DNA of 64,000 nucleotides from positions 62,611 through 126,610 of the forward strand of contig CAVOMR010000003.1 of the NCBI GenBank assembly GCA_963697085.1, read 5' to 3'. Position 1 is the stretch's first letter. Every line of letters begins with the position of its first letter. Under the pieces are notes generated by a model that was not told the DNA's origin, did no database searches, and worked only from the letters and a program-made list of their open reading frames with translations. This DNA comes from Candidatus Dormiibacterota bacterium (GTDB lineage Bacteria; Chloroflexota; Dormibacteria; Aeolococcales; Aeolococcaceae). Positions 18,561 through 26,918 of the stretch are shown here, in pieces. The position numbers were made by a program, and so were the translations under genes.

Positions 18561-18761
18561 GACCGCCGCGGCGGACTGTTCCGATTGGTCGTGGGATCAG
18601 ACGTGGACGCGCGCCGCCAGTCCGCCGACGCTGCGCGCCATGCCGAGTGTCCCCAAACGATCACAGCGCGGGAAATCGTGACATACGCCGTCGGGCTCCC
18701 CCACCGCAACGCTCCGCCGACCCGATCCTTGTGTTCTACCGCCGGTGTCTAGGGCCGCAGG

Positions 18762-19181
18762 TCAGCGCAGCCTCCCATGGACATCTTCGTCCTGACTTGC
18801 AGCGGCCACGCATGACTGCTGCTCGGGGTCGTAGAGCCGGGAGTGCGTCACAAAGTGTCCGGTGTCCCCGGCGGGCAGCGAGAACCCCTCGGGCAGCCCG
18901 TCACTCACGTCGAGGATGAGTTGCGTGTGCTTCCACGCCTCGAACTGGCGATGGTCGATGTAGAAAGGACATCCACCCACGTTGCCCAGGAGCACGTCGC
19001 GGTCGTTGAGCACGAATTCGCCGAGATCGAAACAGATCGGGAGGCTGCCGTCACAGCAGCCTCCCGACTGAAAGAACATGAGCTTGCCGCGTTCGGCGAC
19101 AAGATCGTGGATCGCCTGCTCCGCGGCCGGAGTGGCGATCACACGCGCGGTGGCTTGCGCCGTGGAGGTGTGATCGCTCAT
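18762..19181 (-). CDS. DUF779 domain protein
   Basis: LMFFQSGGCCDGSLPICF...GCPFYIDHRQFEAW is the DUF779 pattern. It sits 16 nt downstream of an aldehyde dehydrogenase, the usual partner. Confidence 0.85.
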   Translation of the reverse strand: MSDHTSTAQATARVIATPAAEQAIHDLVAERGKLMFFQSGGCCDGSLPICFDLGEFVLNDRDVLLGNVGGCPFYIDHRQFEAWKHTQLILDVSDGLPEGFSLPAGDTGHFVTHSRLYDPEQQSCVAAASQDEDVHGRLR

Positions 19182-19197
19182 TTCCGGCGCTCCGCTT

Positions 19198-20772
19198 CTA
19201 GAAGAAGCCGAGTGGCTTGGCGCTGTAGCTCACCAGCAGGTTCTTGGTCTGCGAGTAGTGCTCCAGCATCATCTGGTGATTCTCGCGGCCGACGCCCGAG
19301 ATCTTGTACCCACCAAACGCCGCTCCGGCGGGATAGAGGTGGTAGCAGTTGGTCCAGACTCTGCCGGCCTTGATGGCACGGCCCATCCGGTAGGCGCGGC
19401 TTCCGTCGCGCGTCCAGACGCCTGCGCCGAGACCGTAGAGCGTGTCGTTGGCGAGTGCGATTGCTTCCGCCTCATCCTTGAAGGTCGTCACCGCGAGCAC
19501 GGGTCCGAAGATCTCCTCCTGGAACACGCGCATCCGGTTGTTGCCCTGCAGGACGGTGGGCTGGAAGTAGTACCCGTCCGCGATCTCCGCGTCCACGGTT
19601 GCGCGCTCGCCGCCGATCAGGCACTTCGCGCCCTCCTCGCGGCCGATCTTCACGTAGGACTCGATCTTCTCGAGTTGCTGCGCGGAATTCTGCGCGCCGA
19701 CCATGGTGCTCACGTCGAGCGGGTTGCCCTGCTTGATCGCGGCGATCCGCGCGAGGCAGCGCTCCATGAACCTGTCGTAGATCGACTCCTGGATCAGAGC
19801 GCGCGACGGGCAGGTGCAGACCTCGCCTTTGTTGAAGGCGTACAGCACCAAACCCTCGATTGCCTTGTCGAGGAAGTCGTCATCGGCAGCCATCACGTCA
19901 TCGAAGAAGATGTTCGGCGACTTGCCGCCGAGCTCGACCGTCGATGGGATCAGGTTCTGCGCGGCGTACTGCATGATCAGGCGACCCGTGACGGTTTCAC
20001 CGGTGAACCCGATCTTGGCGATGCGCGGGCTCGATGCGAGCGCCTTGCCGATCTCACCTCCAGGGCCGGTCACGATGTTGATCACGCCCGGAGGCACGAT
20101 CCCCTCGATGACCTCTGCGAACTTGAGAATCGACCAAGGCGTCGGGGACGCCGGCTTCAGCACCGTGCAGTTTCCAGCAGCGAGTGCGGGAGCGATCTTC
20201 CAGGCGGCCATGAGCAGTGGGAAGTTGAACGGGATGATCTGGCCGACCACGCCGAGTGGCTCGTGGAAGTGGTACGCGACTGTGTCCTTGTCGATCTCCG
20301 TGCTGCGACCTTCGAGCGACCGCGTCGCTCCGGCGAAGTACCGGAAGTGGTCGACTGCGAGTGGCAGGTCGGCGGCGAGCGTTTCACGCACCGGCTTTCC
20401 GTTCTCCCAGCTCTCCGCGACTGCCAGCATCTCGAGGTTGGCCTCGATGGCATCTGCGATGCGGTTGAGCACTGCCGCGCGCTCCGGCAGCGATGTCGCG
20501 CCCCAGGCGTCCTTCGCGGCGTGCGCCGCATCGAGCGCCAGCTCTACATCTTCCGCTGTGGACTTCGCGACTTCGCAGAACACCTTTCCGTTGACCGGGC
20601 TGATATTCGGCATATATCTGCCGCCCACCGGTGGCACCCAGCGCCCGCCGATGAAGTTGTCGTAGCGGGGCTTGACTGTGACCACGCTGCCGGGCTGTCC
20701 TGGCGGCGTGTACACCTTGCTCCGCACCTTCGGTTGAACCTCGATCTCGACGAGGTCCGCAGTGAGTGTCAT
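19198..20772 (-). CDS. NAD(P)-dependent aldehyde dehydrogenase
   Basis: 524 aa. ELGGKSPNI glutamate box and catalytic-Cys box [17 protein letters not shown] lies 8 nt upstream of the ATG. Confidence 0.95.
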   Translation of the reverse strand: MTLTADLVEIEVQPKVRSKVYTPPGQPGSVVTVKPRYDNFIGGRWVPPVGGRYMPNISPVNGKVFCEVAKSTAEDVELALDAAHAAKDAWGATSLPERAAVLNRIADAIEANLEMLAVAESWENGKPVRETLAADLPLAVDHFRYFAGATRSLEGRSTEIDKDTVAYHFHEPLGVVGQIIPFNFPLLMAAWKIAPALAAGNCTVLKPASPTPWSILKFAEVIEGIVPPGVINIVTGPGGEIGKALASSPRIAKIGFTGETVTGRLIMQYAAQNLIPSTVELGGKSPNIFFDDVMAADDDFLDKAIEGLVLYAFNKGEVCTCPSRALIQESIYDRFMERCLARIAAIKQGNPLDVSTMVGAQNSAQQLEKIESYVKIGREEGAKCLIGGERATVDAEIADGYYFQPTVLQGNNRMRVFQEEIFGPVLAVTTFKDEAEAIALANDTLYGLGAGVWTRDGSRAYRMGRAIKAGRVWTNCYHLYPAGAAFGGYKISGVGRENHQMMLEHYSQTKNLLVSYSAKPLGFF

Positions 20773-20909
20773 GGCATTGCCTCCAGGTGAGGGTTGGATG
20801 CGGTTTGACTTCAGACTGCGCCGGGCCGGCTACCGAAGGCGAGTGTCGAAGGTCATCAGTCGCAGGGCTGTTCGGCCCTGCAGACAGACGTACGCACCTC
20901 TGGGAAGCG

Positions 20910-21572
20910 CTAGTGCTCGAGACTCAGAGTTGACGAGCTGAACGAACGTCCGCTCCGGCGCAGATAGACGGCGATCGCGACCGACGTGAGGCCGGCCCAG
21001 GCGCACCAGAGTGACGCGAACCCCGTGAACGTGATCCATCCAAGTGCGATCACCGCGCAGAGGTTCGCGACGCCCAGGAGGAAGAGCCACCGATTGCTCG
21101 CGACCAGGCACGAGCCGCACGTGGCGACGATGTACAGCGCGACGAGGATTCCCGCATACCCGATGTTCGCCGAATAGGCGATATGCGATCCGTCGATAGC
21201 CGCGCCGACCGGCCCGCGCACCACCGCGATGAGGAGCGCCGCAGTGGTGATCGTCCCCAGAACGAGAAACGCCATCATCCATCGCCGCCGGCGCACGCGT
21301 TCCTCGACGCCAAGCATCGCAAAGGGCACCCAGAACGGGAGGACGAACGCGACAGCCAGGAAGACGTAGATTGCCGCATGTTCGACCGGCCACGACACCT
21401 GCCCGTGGAGTCCCCACCACACGAATGCCTCATCGATCTCGTGCAGGGCAAGCAGGAGCGGTGTTGCCGCAAGGACGATCTGATGGGGGCTGCGAACATG
21501 GCGAAGTGTGTCGACACCGACCGCAGCCACCACGAGTCCCGTGCACAGGTCGGCTTCAGCCGAAAAGCACAC
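20910..21572 (-). CDS. polytopic membrane protein (resembles the DUF6629 family from memory)
   Basis: 220 aa, about 6 TM, GTG start (MCFSAEADLCTGLVVAAVG...). The start shares one base with the stop of the upstream mini-ORF (TAGTG). Confidence 0.7.
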   Translation of the reverse strand: MCFSAEADLCTGLVVAAVGVDTLRHVRSPHQIVLAATPLLLALHEIDEAFVWWGLHGQVSWPVEHAAIYVFLAVAFVLPFWVPFAMLGVEERVRRRRWMMAFLVLGTITTAALLIAVVRGPVGAAIDGSHIAYSANIGYAGILVALYIVATCGSCLVASNRWLFLLGVANLCAVIALGWITFTGFASLWCAWAGLTSVAIAVYLRRSGRSFSSSTLSLEH

Positions 21573-21835
21573 TACAACCCGCCGGGCGATGCCAGGTCGA
21601 CCATATAGCTGCGAAGCGCGCGAATGGACTCATCGAGATCCATGACGGAGTCATCGATGCGCCTCGCGACCAGTTCGTTCTCGATGAGCGACGCGGTGCC
21701 CTGGAGATGGACACCGATCATGAAGAGACCGTGAACGACTTCCATGAGAACGTCGGACTCGCATCCGCGGCAAGCCGCCATTGGAGGAACCGACTGCGAA
21801 GCGTTGGTCGATTCCACACTCGCAGGACTGCTCAC
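21572..21835 (-). CDS. HisKA_3 DHp-like mini-protein lacking the phospho-acceptor His and the ATPase domain
   Basis: GTG 21835 is preceded by AGGAGG 8 nt upstream. The C-terminal ~55 residues align with the DHp helices of the DosS-like kinase in this window (see findings). The track ORF extends to 21988, but that part has poor coding character. Confidence 0.55.
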   Translation of the reverse strand: MSSPASVESTNASQSVPPMAACRGCESDVLMEVVHGLFMIGVHLQGTASLIENELVARRIDDSVMDLDESIRALRSYMVDLASPGGL

Positions 21836-22035
21836 AGTTGAAACCTCCTGTGAGGCGCCACGATCCCGCGACCGGAAACGCTCGCCGCAGCAAAATCGCT
21901 GGACTCCGAACAACATAGCACGATCCCGCGGCGTTCGTAAGCCGAGCGTGCTTCCGGCCCGCCCGCAGCGATGAGGAGAATTTGCCATCGCCGGTACGGT
22001 CGTCCGGGGCGTGATCAGAAGGCGTCAGGAACTGA

Positions 22036-22452
22036 TCACGCCCCAGCGCCCACACTGATCGGAAGGTTCGCTGTCGCGGTGATCGTGAGCATCGGGCGCA
22101 TGAGCAAGCTGTTGTGCACGGTGCAGTGCGAGATCGCCCGGCGCACGGCGACGACGCGTGCCTCCGGCGTCCCTTCGGGAAGTTGGACGTCGACGGTGAT
22201 CTCCGCGACTCGCCACGGTGGCGTCTCGCTCATCGTCCATGTGCAGTGCACCGAGGGCGCACCGCCGTAGGAGCCGAGGCCCCGATGCGCATAGTGCGCG
22301 ATGCACGACGCCAACGAGGCAACAAACAGATCGGTCGGGGTTGGACCTGCGTCCTCTCCGCCGGCGTCGCGTGGTTGATCGACGATCAGCTCGTGCCGAC
22401 CGACGGTGATCCGGTGGCGGTCACCTCCCAGGCTGACAACGTTGAGTTCCAT
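22036..22452 (-). CDS. OsmC/Ohr family peroxiredoxin-like protein
   Basis: 138 aa. GPTPTDLFVASLASCIAHYA... and ...AISHCTVHNSL, the two-Cys OsmC pattern. Confidence 0.85.
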   Translation of the reverse strand: MELNVVSLGGDRHRITVGRHELIVDQPRDAGGEDAGPTPTDLFVASLASCIAHYAHRGLGSYGGAPSVHCTWTMSETPPWRVAEITVDVQLPEGTPEARVVAVRRAISHCTVHNSLLMRPMLTITATANLPISVGAGA

Positions 22453-22458
22453 AGCATC

Positions 22459-22971
22459 TCACGTAAAAATGATCTGGCCGCCGGCGGCCTTTTCGTAAAA
22501 CTCGCCGACGGTGATGATGTCGGTTACCTGCGGGATGAAGTCCTCTTTCGAGAGACCGAAGAGATCCACGGAAGCCTTGCAGGCGTAGAGCCCGCAGCCG
22601 CTGTCGGCGATCATCTCCACGAACTCCGGGATGGAGGGGATGTCGAGCTTCTCCATCTTCGACGCGAGATAGTGGGTCATCACCGACGACATGCCTGGCA
22701 CGCCTCCGAGCCATGTGGAGAGGTGGAGGCCGGGGTTGCCGACCGTCGCGATCTTGATGTGCTCGTGACGGCTCTTGTGGATCGCGTCCAGTCCGAAGAA
22801 GGTGAAGAAGAGACTTGCCTCGATCCCTTCGGCGCGCGCGCCGTTGGCCATGATCAGCCCGGGATAGATGCCATCGAGTGACCCCTTCGAGATGATGATC
22901 GACACCTTCTCGACGGTCGCAGGCATGAAGAGCCTCGCGGCCGGTTTCGGTTCGATTGCCATGGTCGCCAT
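22459..22971 (-). CDS. DsrE/DsrF/DrsH-like sulfur-relay family protein
   Basis: ATG 22971 with AAGGAGGA 7 nt upstream. VSIIISKGSLDGIYPGLIMANGA...FFTFFGLDAI...ADSGCGLYACKASVDLFG. The track ORF 22459-23298 over-extends into the tusE-like gene. Confidence 0.85.
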   Translation of the reverse strand: MATMAIEPKPAARLFMPATVEKVSIIISKGSLDGIYPGLIMANGARAEGIEASLFFTFFGLDAIHKSRHEHIKIATVGNPGLHLSTWLGGVPGMSSVMTHYLASKMEKLDIPSIPEFVEMIADSGCGLYACKASVDLFGLSKEDFIPQVTDIITVGEFYEKAAGGQIIFT

Positions 22972-22987
22972 GATCAGATCCTCCTTG

Positions 22988-23305
22988 TCAGATGCAGCCG
23001 CGCGGCTTCGGAATGCCGGCGATCCGCGCGGCGACTTTGGCCGGACCTCTCGGGAAGAGCTCGTACAGCTCCTTGATCGACACGCCGGAGGTCTTCCCCA
23101 GGACGCGGACCGTGGGCCCGGTTCCCTTCTGCAGATACTCATTCCGCATGAAGCGGATGACCTGCCAATGCTGAGGAGTGAGTTCGGCGATCCCCTCACT
23201 CGCGGCGAGCGCGGGGACCATCTCCTCGGTCCACTCGAGCGGATCGAGGAAGAAGCCCTCGTTGTTCCGAGCAACATGGGTGAGATCAGCGGTGACAACG
23301 CTCAT
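22988..23305 (-). CDS. TusE/DsrC/DsvC family sulfur-relay protein (TusE-type, single C-terminal Cys)
   Basis: 105 aa ending ...LFPRGPAKVAARIAGIPKPRGCI. The penultimate Cys is present. The second DsrC Cys, about 11 residues upstream, is absent. Confidence 0.88.
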   Translation of the reverse strand: MSVVTADLTHVARNNEGFFLDPLEWTEEMVPALAASEGIAELTPQHWQVIRFMRNEYLQKGTGPTVRVLGKTSGVSIKELYELFPRGPAKVAARIAGIPKPRGCI

Positions 23306-23315
23306 CCTCGTCTCC

Positions 23316-24572
23316 TCAATGGGTCCCGGCCGGAACCCTGTGTTTCCCGGCGGCAGGCATGGCCGCTGTAATGCCCGGGATGGAATGGCCTGGCAGCAGC
23401 GTGTGCCAGTAGAACCACTGAAACATCAGCTTCCCGAGGTGGTTGAGGTGCGACTCCTTTAAGAGCGGCAACCCGACTCGGCCGGGGTAGTGCCCGGTGA
23501 GCGGCTCGGTGTCGTAGTTGAAGTCGATGAGCACGGCCTTGCCGAATCCGGTCTCGATGAAGCAGTTGGCGTGGCCGTCGTAGCTCGCATCCAGGCTCTG
23601 GCCGTCGAGGAACCGACAGATGTTCTCCGTGAGCACCTCGCCTTCGAAATGCGTGACAGACCCCGCTTTCGACACCGGGAGCCCGGCGGCGTCACCGATG
23701 GCGAAGATCTCCGGAGCGGCACGCGACTGCAGTGTGTGCTCGTCGGTCGGGATGAAGTTCAGTTCGTCCCCGAGACCGGGTGAGCGTCCGACGTAAGGTG
23801 CGCCACCGTGCAGCGGAACCACGACCGCAAGATCGAACCCGACCTCGCGCCCGTCGTACGAAGTCAACATTCCGGGTTCATGATCCACGGTTCCCGTGTT
23901 GAATTCGGTGACGACATTGATGCCCTTCTGCTGCAACAGCTCGCCGAGACGCTGCGAGGCAACCGGCTTCGTGAATGCTCCGTCCAGTGGCGTCACGTAC
24001 GTGAGCTCCACGTCGTCGCGAACTCCTTTCTCGCGCAGAAACCAGTCGGCGAGGAAACAGAACTCGAGCGGTGCGACCGGACACTTGATCGGCAGGTCCA
24101 CGACATTGACGACCAGCCTTCCGGCGGTGAAGTTCGCGAGCGCGGGCGCGAGAGCTCGCGCTCCGTCGACCGAATAGAAGGTGAAGATGTTCCTCCCCCA
24201 TCCCGGCCCGTCGAGCCCCTCGGTCTCCTCCGGCATGAGCACGGCGCCGGTGGCGATCACGAGGACGTCGTACGGCATGCTCTGGCCGCCCTCGAGCCGC
24301 ACCTCCCTGCGCGAGATGTCGACGCGATCGATCGTCGCCGGAACGTACTGAATGCCTCGATGTAGTTGCGCTGCACGGGGTCGCACGAGCTCGTCGGCGT
24401 CAGCAAGGCCAAAGGGCACAAACAGGAGGCCCGGCTGATAGACATGTCCTGGCGTGCTGTCAACCACGGTGATGTCGATGGAAGACGGCAGCATCCTGCG
24501 CAAGCGGTTTGCCGCGATCGTGCCGCCCGTCCCGCCGCCGAGAATCAGAACGCGTCTCGGGCCATTCATCAC
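23316..24572 (-). CDS. NAD(P)/FAD-dependent oxidoreductase, sulfide:quinone oxidoreductase-like
   Basis: N-terminal VLILGGGTGGTIAANRL dinucleotide fold, the conserved IKCPVAPLEFCFL block and a late HANCFIETG Cys. Confidence 0.85.
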   Translation of the reverse strand: MMNGPRRVLILGGGTGGTIAANRLRRMLPSSIDITVVDSTPGHVYQPGLLFVPFGLADADELVRPRAAQLHRGIQYVPATIDRVDISRREVRLEGGQSMPYDVLVIATGAVLMPEETEGLDGPGWGRNIFTFYSVDGARALAPALANFTAGRLVVNVVDLPIKCPVAPLEFCFLADWFLREKGVRDDVELTYVTPLDGAFTKPVASQRLGELLQQKGINVVTEFNTGTVDHEPGMLTSYDGREVGFDLAVVVPLHGGAPYVGRSPGLGDELNFIPTDEHTLQSRAAPEIFAIGDAAGLPVSKAGSVTHFEGEVLTENICRFLDGQSLDASYDGHANCFIETGFGKAVLIDFNYDTEPLTGHYPGRVGLPLLKESHLNHLGKLMFQWFYWHTLLPGHSIPGITAAMPAAGKHRVPAGTH

Positions 24573-24709
24573 TCACTCAGGGTGCACCCCCCTCAGAGCC
24601 AGCCACAAGGGCCGAATCGCCTGTTCGGACGGGACCTTCGCCCCTGGCACCTGCACCGTGAGTTCGAGCACGCTGAGGAGACGAACACGACGACCACGGG
24701 AGACTCGCC

Positions 24710-26248
24710 ATGAGTGCGCAAACGTACGCAGCACCGACCCGGCCACGTCGCGAGTTGCGGGCCGGCGGCATCGCCCTGGTCGTCCTCGGAATCATCAGCG
24801 CGATGATCGCGTTCGGTCTCCTCGCAGGCGGCAGCGTGCTCATGTGGGCGGACCGGACACAACGGGACTCCGCCGGCTATCTCACATCGCCGACAACGCT
24901 CCTCGAGACCCCTGCGTATGGGTTTGTCACGACCGACGTCAAGATCAACGTGGACGCGCCGCGCTGGCACATCGCCGTGAACGCCCTGGGCTCGATCCGG
25001 ATCGTCGCAACGGATCTGGCGCCAACTGCGATGTTCATCGGCATCGCTCCCGCGGCTGACGTCCAGCGATATCTGGTTGGAACGGCAATTGACCCGATGC
25101 CTGGATTTGGCGGGGCGTCAGGCGCAGCCCCATATCCGATGAGCACCGGCGGAGCACCACCGACGCCACCCACCTCGCAGCATTTCTGGACCACCGATGT
25201 CTCAGGGACCGGGACGCGATCGCTGACCTGGAAGGTCGAAACCGGAAGCTGGGCACTCGTTCTCATGAATGCCAACGGATCGGCCGGCGTGAATGCGAAC
25301 GTGTCGGTGGGCGCAACCGCTCCATTCGTGTATGCGCTCGCACTCGGGCTGTTGATCGGCGGCGGTATCGCGGTGCTGGTCGCCGGCTTCCTTCTCTTCG
25401 GCGGTCTGGCGTTGCTGCGGCGGGCGGCGCCGTCGCCACACTCCGAGAACCTGACGGGCGCGCCGCCTCCGAGTTTCGCCTCGCCGCCGGCCGCCTTCCC
25501 ACCACTTCCGCCGCCGCTTGTTCCGAGCGGGGTAGGTCAGCCTCTGCGAATCGAGGGACGGCTTGACGCATCGCCGAGCCGCTGGCTGTGGCTCGTCAAG
25601 TGGTTCCTCCTGATCCCGCATTTCATCGTGCTGGTCGTGCTCTACATGACGGCGTTCGTGCTCACGGTGGTCGCGTTCCTTGCCATCCTGTTCACGGGCC
25701 GCTACCCGCGCGCGATCTTCGACTTCAACGTCGCCGTTCTCAGGTGGTCCTGGCGCGTCGGGTTCTACGGCTACAGCGCGCTCGGAACAGATCGCTACCC
25801 ACCCTTCACCTTCGGCGTCGCAGCCGACTATCCGGCGACTCTCGAGATTGAATATCCGGAGCGTCTCTCTCGCGGGCTCGTCCTTGTGAAGTGGTGGCTC
25901 CTTGCCATACCGCACTATCTGATCGTGGCGCTGCTGGTCGGCGGCACGACGCTGGCAGTCCGCGGCGCCTACGTGGCTGCGATCCCGTACTCCGGCCTGA
26001 TCACGCTGCTGGTGCTTATCGCGGGTGTGGCCATCCTGTTCACCAAACGCTATCCCGTCGGAGTCTTCGATCTTGTGATGGGGCTCAACCGATGGGTCTA
26101 TCGCGTGCTGGTGTACGTACTGCTGCTCAGTGACGCATATCCGCCGTTCCGGCTCGACATGGGCGGGCAGGAACCGTCGGGGATCCCGACATCGCCACTT
26201 CCCACTCCGCCGCCGGCCACGGCTGCATACGGTCTGAGCGCGCAATGA
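24710..26248 (+). CDS. DUF4389 domain membrane protein with N-terminal extracytoplasmic domain and Pro-rich linker
   Basis: Two DUF4389-type repeats (WLVKWFLLIPHFIVL...LFTGRYPRAIFDF...RWSWRV and LVKWWLLAIPHYLIV...LFTKRYPVGVFDL...RWVYRV). Confidence 0.8.
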   Translation: MSAQTYAAPTRPRRELRAGGIALVVLGIISAMIAFGLLAGGSVLMWADRTQRDSAGYLTSPTTLLETPAYGFVTTDVKINVDAPRWHIAVNALGSIRIVATDLAPTAMFIGIAPAADVQRYLVGTAIDPMPGFGGASGAAPYPMSTGGAPPTPPTSQHFWTTDVSGTGTRSLTWKVETGSWALVLMNANGSAGVNANVSVGATAPFVYALALGLLIGGGIAVLVAGFLLFGGLALLRRAAPSPHSENLTGAPPPSFASPPAAFPPLPPPLVPSGVGQPLRIEGRLDASPSRWLWLVKWFLLIPHFIVLVVLYMTAFVLTVVAFLAILFTGRYPRAIFDFNVAVLRWSWRVGFYGYSALGTDRYPPFTFGVAADYPATLEIEYPERLSRGLVLVKWWLLAIPHYLIVALLVGGTTLAVRGAYVAAIPYSGLITLLVLIAGVAILFTKRYPVGVFDLVMGLNRWVYRVLVYVLLLSDAYPPFRLDMGGQEPSGIPTSPLPTPPPATAAYGLSAQ

Positions 26249-26399
26249 CGCTTTCGGTGCTGCGCCTTAATCGGATCGTCACTGCCACTTGGCGTTCCGA
26301 AGTCAGGTCGTTCGGCTCTGTTCGCGCAACCCACCGACGCTGCACGCTGAAGCCGGACGCGGCTGCACCTCGCGGGCGTGTCGGACAAGGAGGACCACG

Positions 26400-26825
26400 A
26401 TGAACCGTTCTGTACGAACCAAGGTCCTGTTCGGTTTGAACCTGTTCCTGGGCCTCACCGCCGTGGCCGGGGGCGTGTCCCTGCTCACCGGCCTGATCAA
26501 GGTCCCGCTCACCGCGCTCGCGGGAAGCCCGTTCACCGACTTCACGGTGCCGGCGATTCTCCTGGCGGCGATCATCGGGGGGACCAGCCTGCTCGCGGCG
26601 TGGCTGGTGCATCTCGGCCTCAGCCTCGGCAACCGGGTGTCCGCGATTGCCGGCGGAGCGATCATCATCTTCGAGATCGTCGAGTGGAACATCATCGGCT
26701 TCGCGTGGTTGCAGGCCGTCTACATCGGGATCGGGGTTGCGATCCTCGCGCTCGCTGCATGGACCCAGATGGAGCAGCTCCTCGACGCCGTGTCACCGCA
26801 ACAGCCCAAGCCCCTCGCGCGCTGA
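26400..26825 (+). CDS. hypothetical 4-TM membrane protein
   Basis: ATG 26400 with AAGGAGGA 7 nt upstream. 141 aa, hydrophobic throughout. Confidence 0.7.
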   Translation: MNRSVRTKVLFGLNLFLGLTAVAGGVSLLTGLIKVPLTALAGSPFTDFTVPAILLAAIIGGTSLLAAWLVHLGLSLGNRVSAIAGGAIIIFEIVEWNIIGFAWLQAVYIGIGVAILALAAWTQMEQLLDAVSPQQPKPLAR

Positions 26826-26918
26826 TCCCGCCGCCTCACCTGCGATCACGGGTGGTCGGGTCCAGCCTGCCGGCGCCGTCGAGGACGCCGTGCGCCCGCT
26901 GGAGGTGATGATGTACGG

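Noticed and set aside
19258-20790. 510-aa plus-strand ORF
   Set aside because: Antisense shadow of the aldehyde dehydrogenase gene, which has unmistakable catalytic motifs.
20865-20884. GCAGGGC-tgttcg-GCCCTGC hairpin downstream of the membrane protein gene
   Set aside because: It has a 7-bp stem but no U-tract on the transcribed (minus) strand. It is a possible weak terminator and is not reported as a feature.
22972-23298. Upstream extension of the DsrE-like ORF
   Set aside because: It overlaps the entire TusE/DsrC-like gene in another frame. ATG 22971 has a perfect AAGGAGGA RBS.
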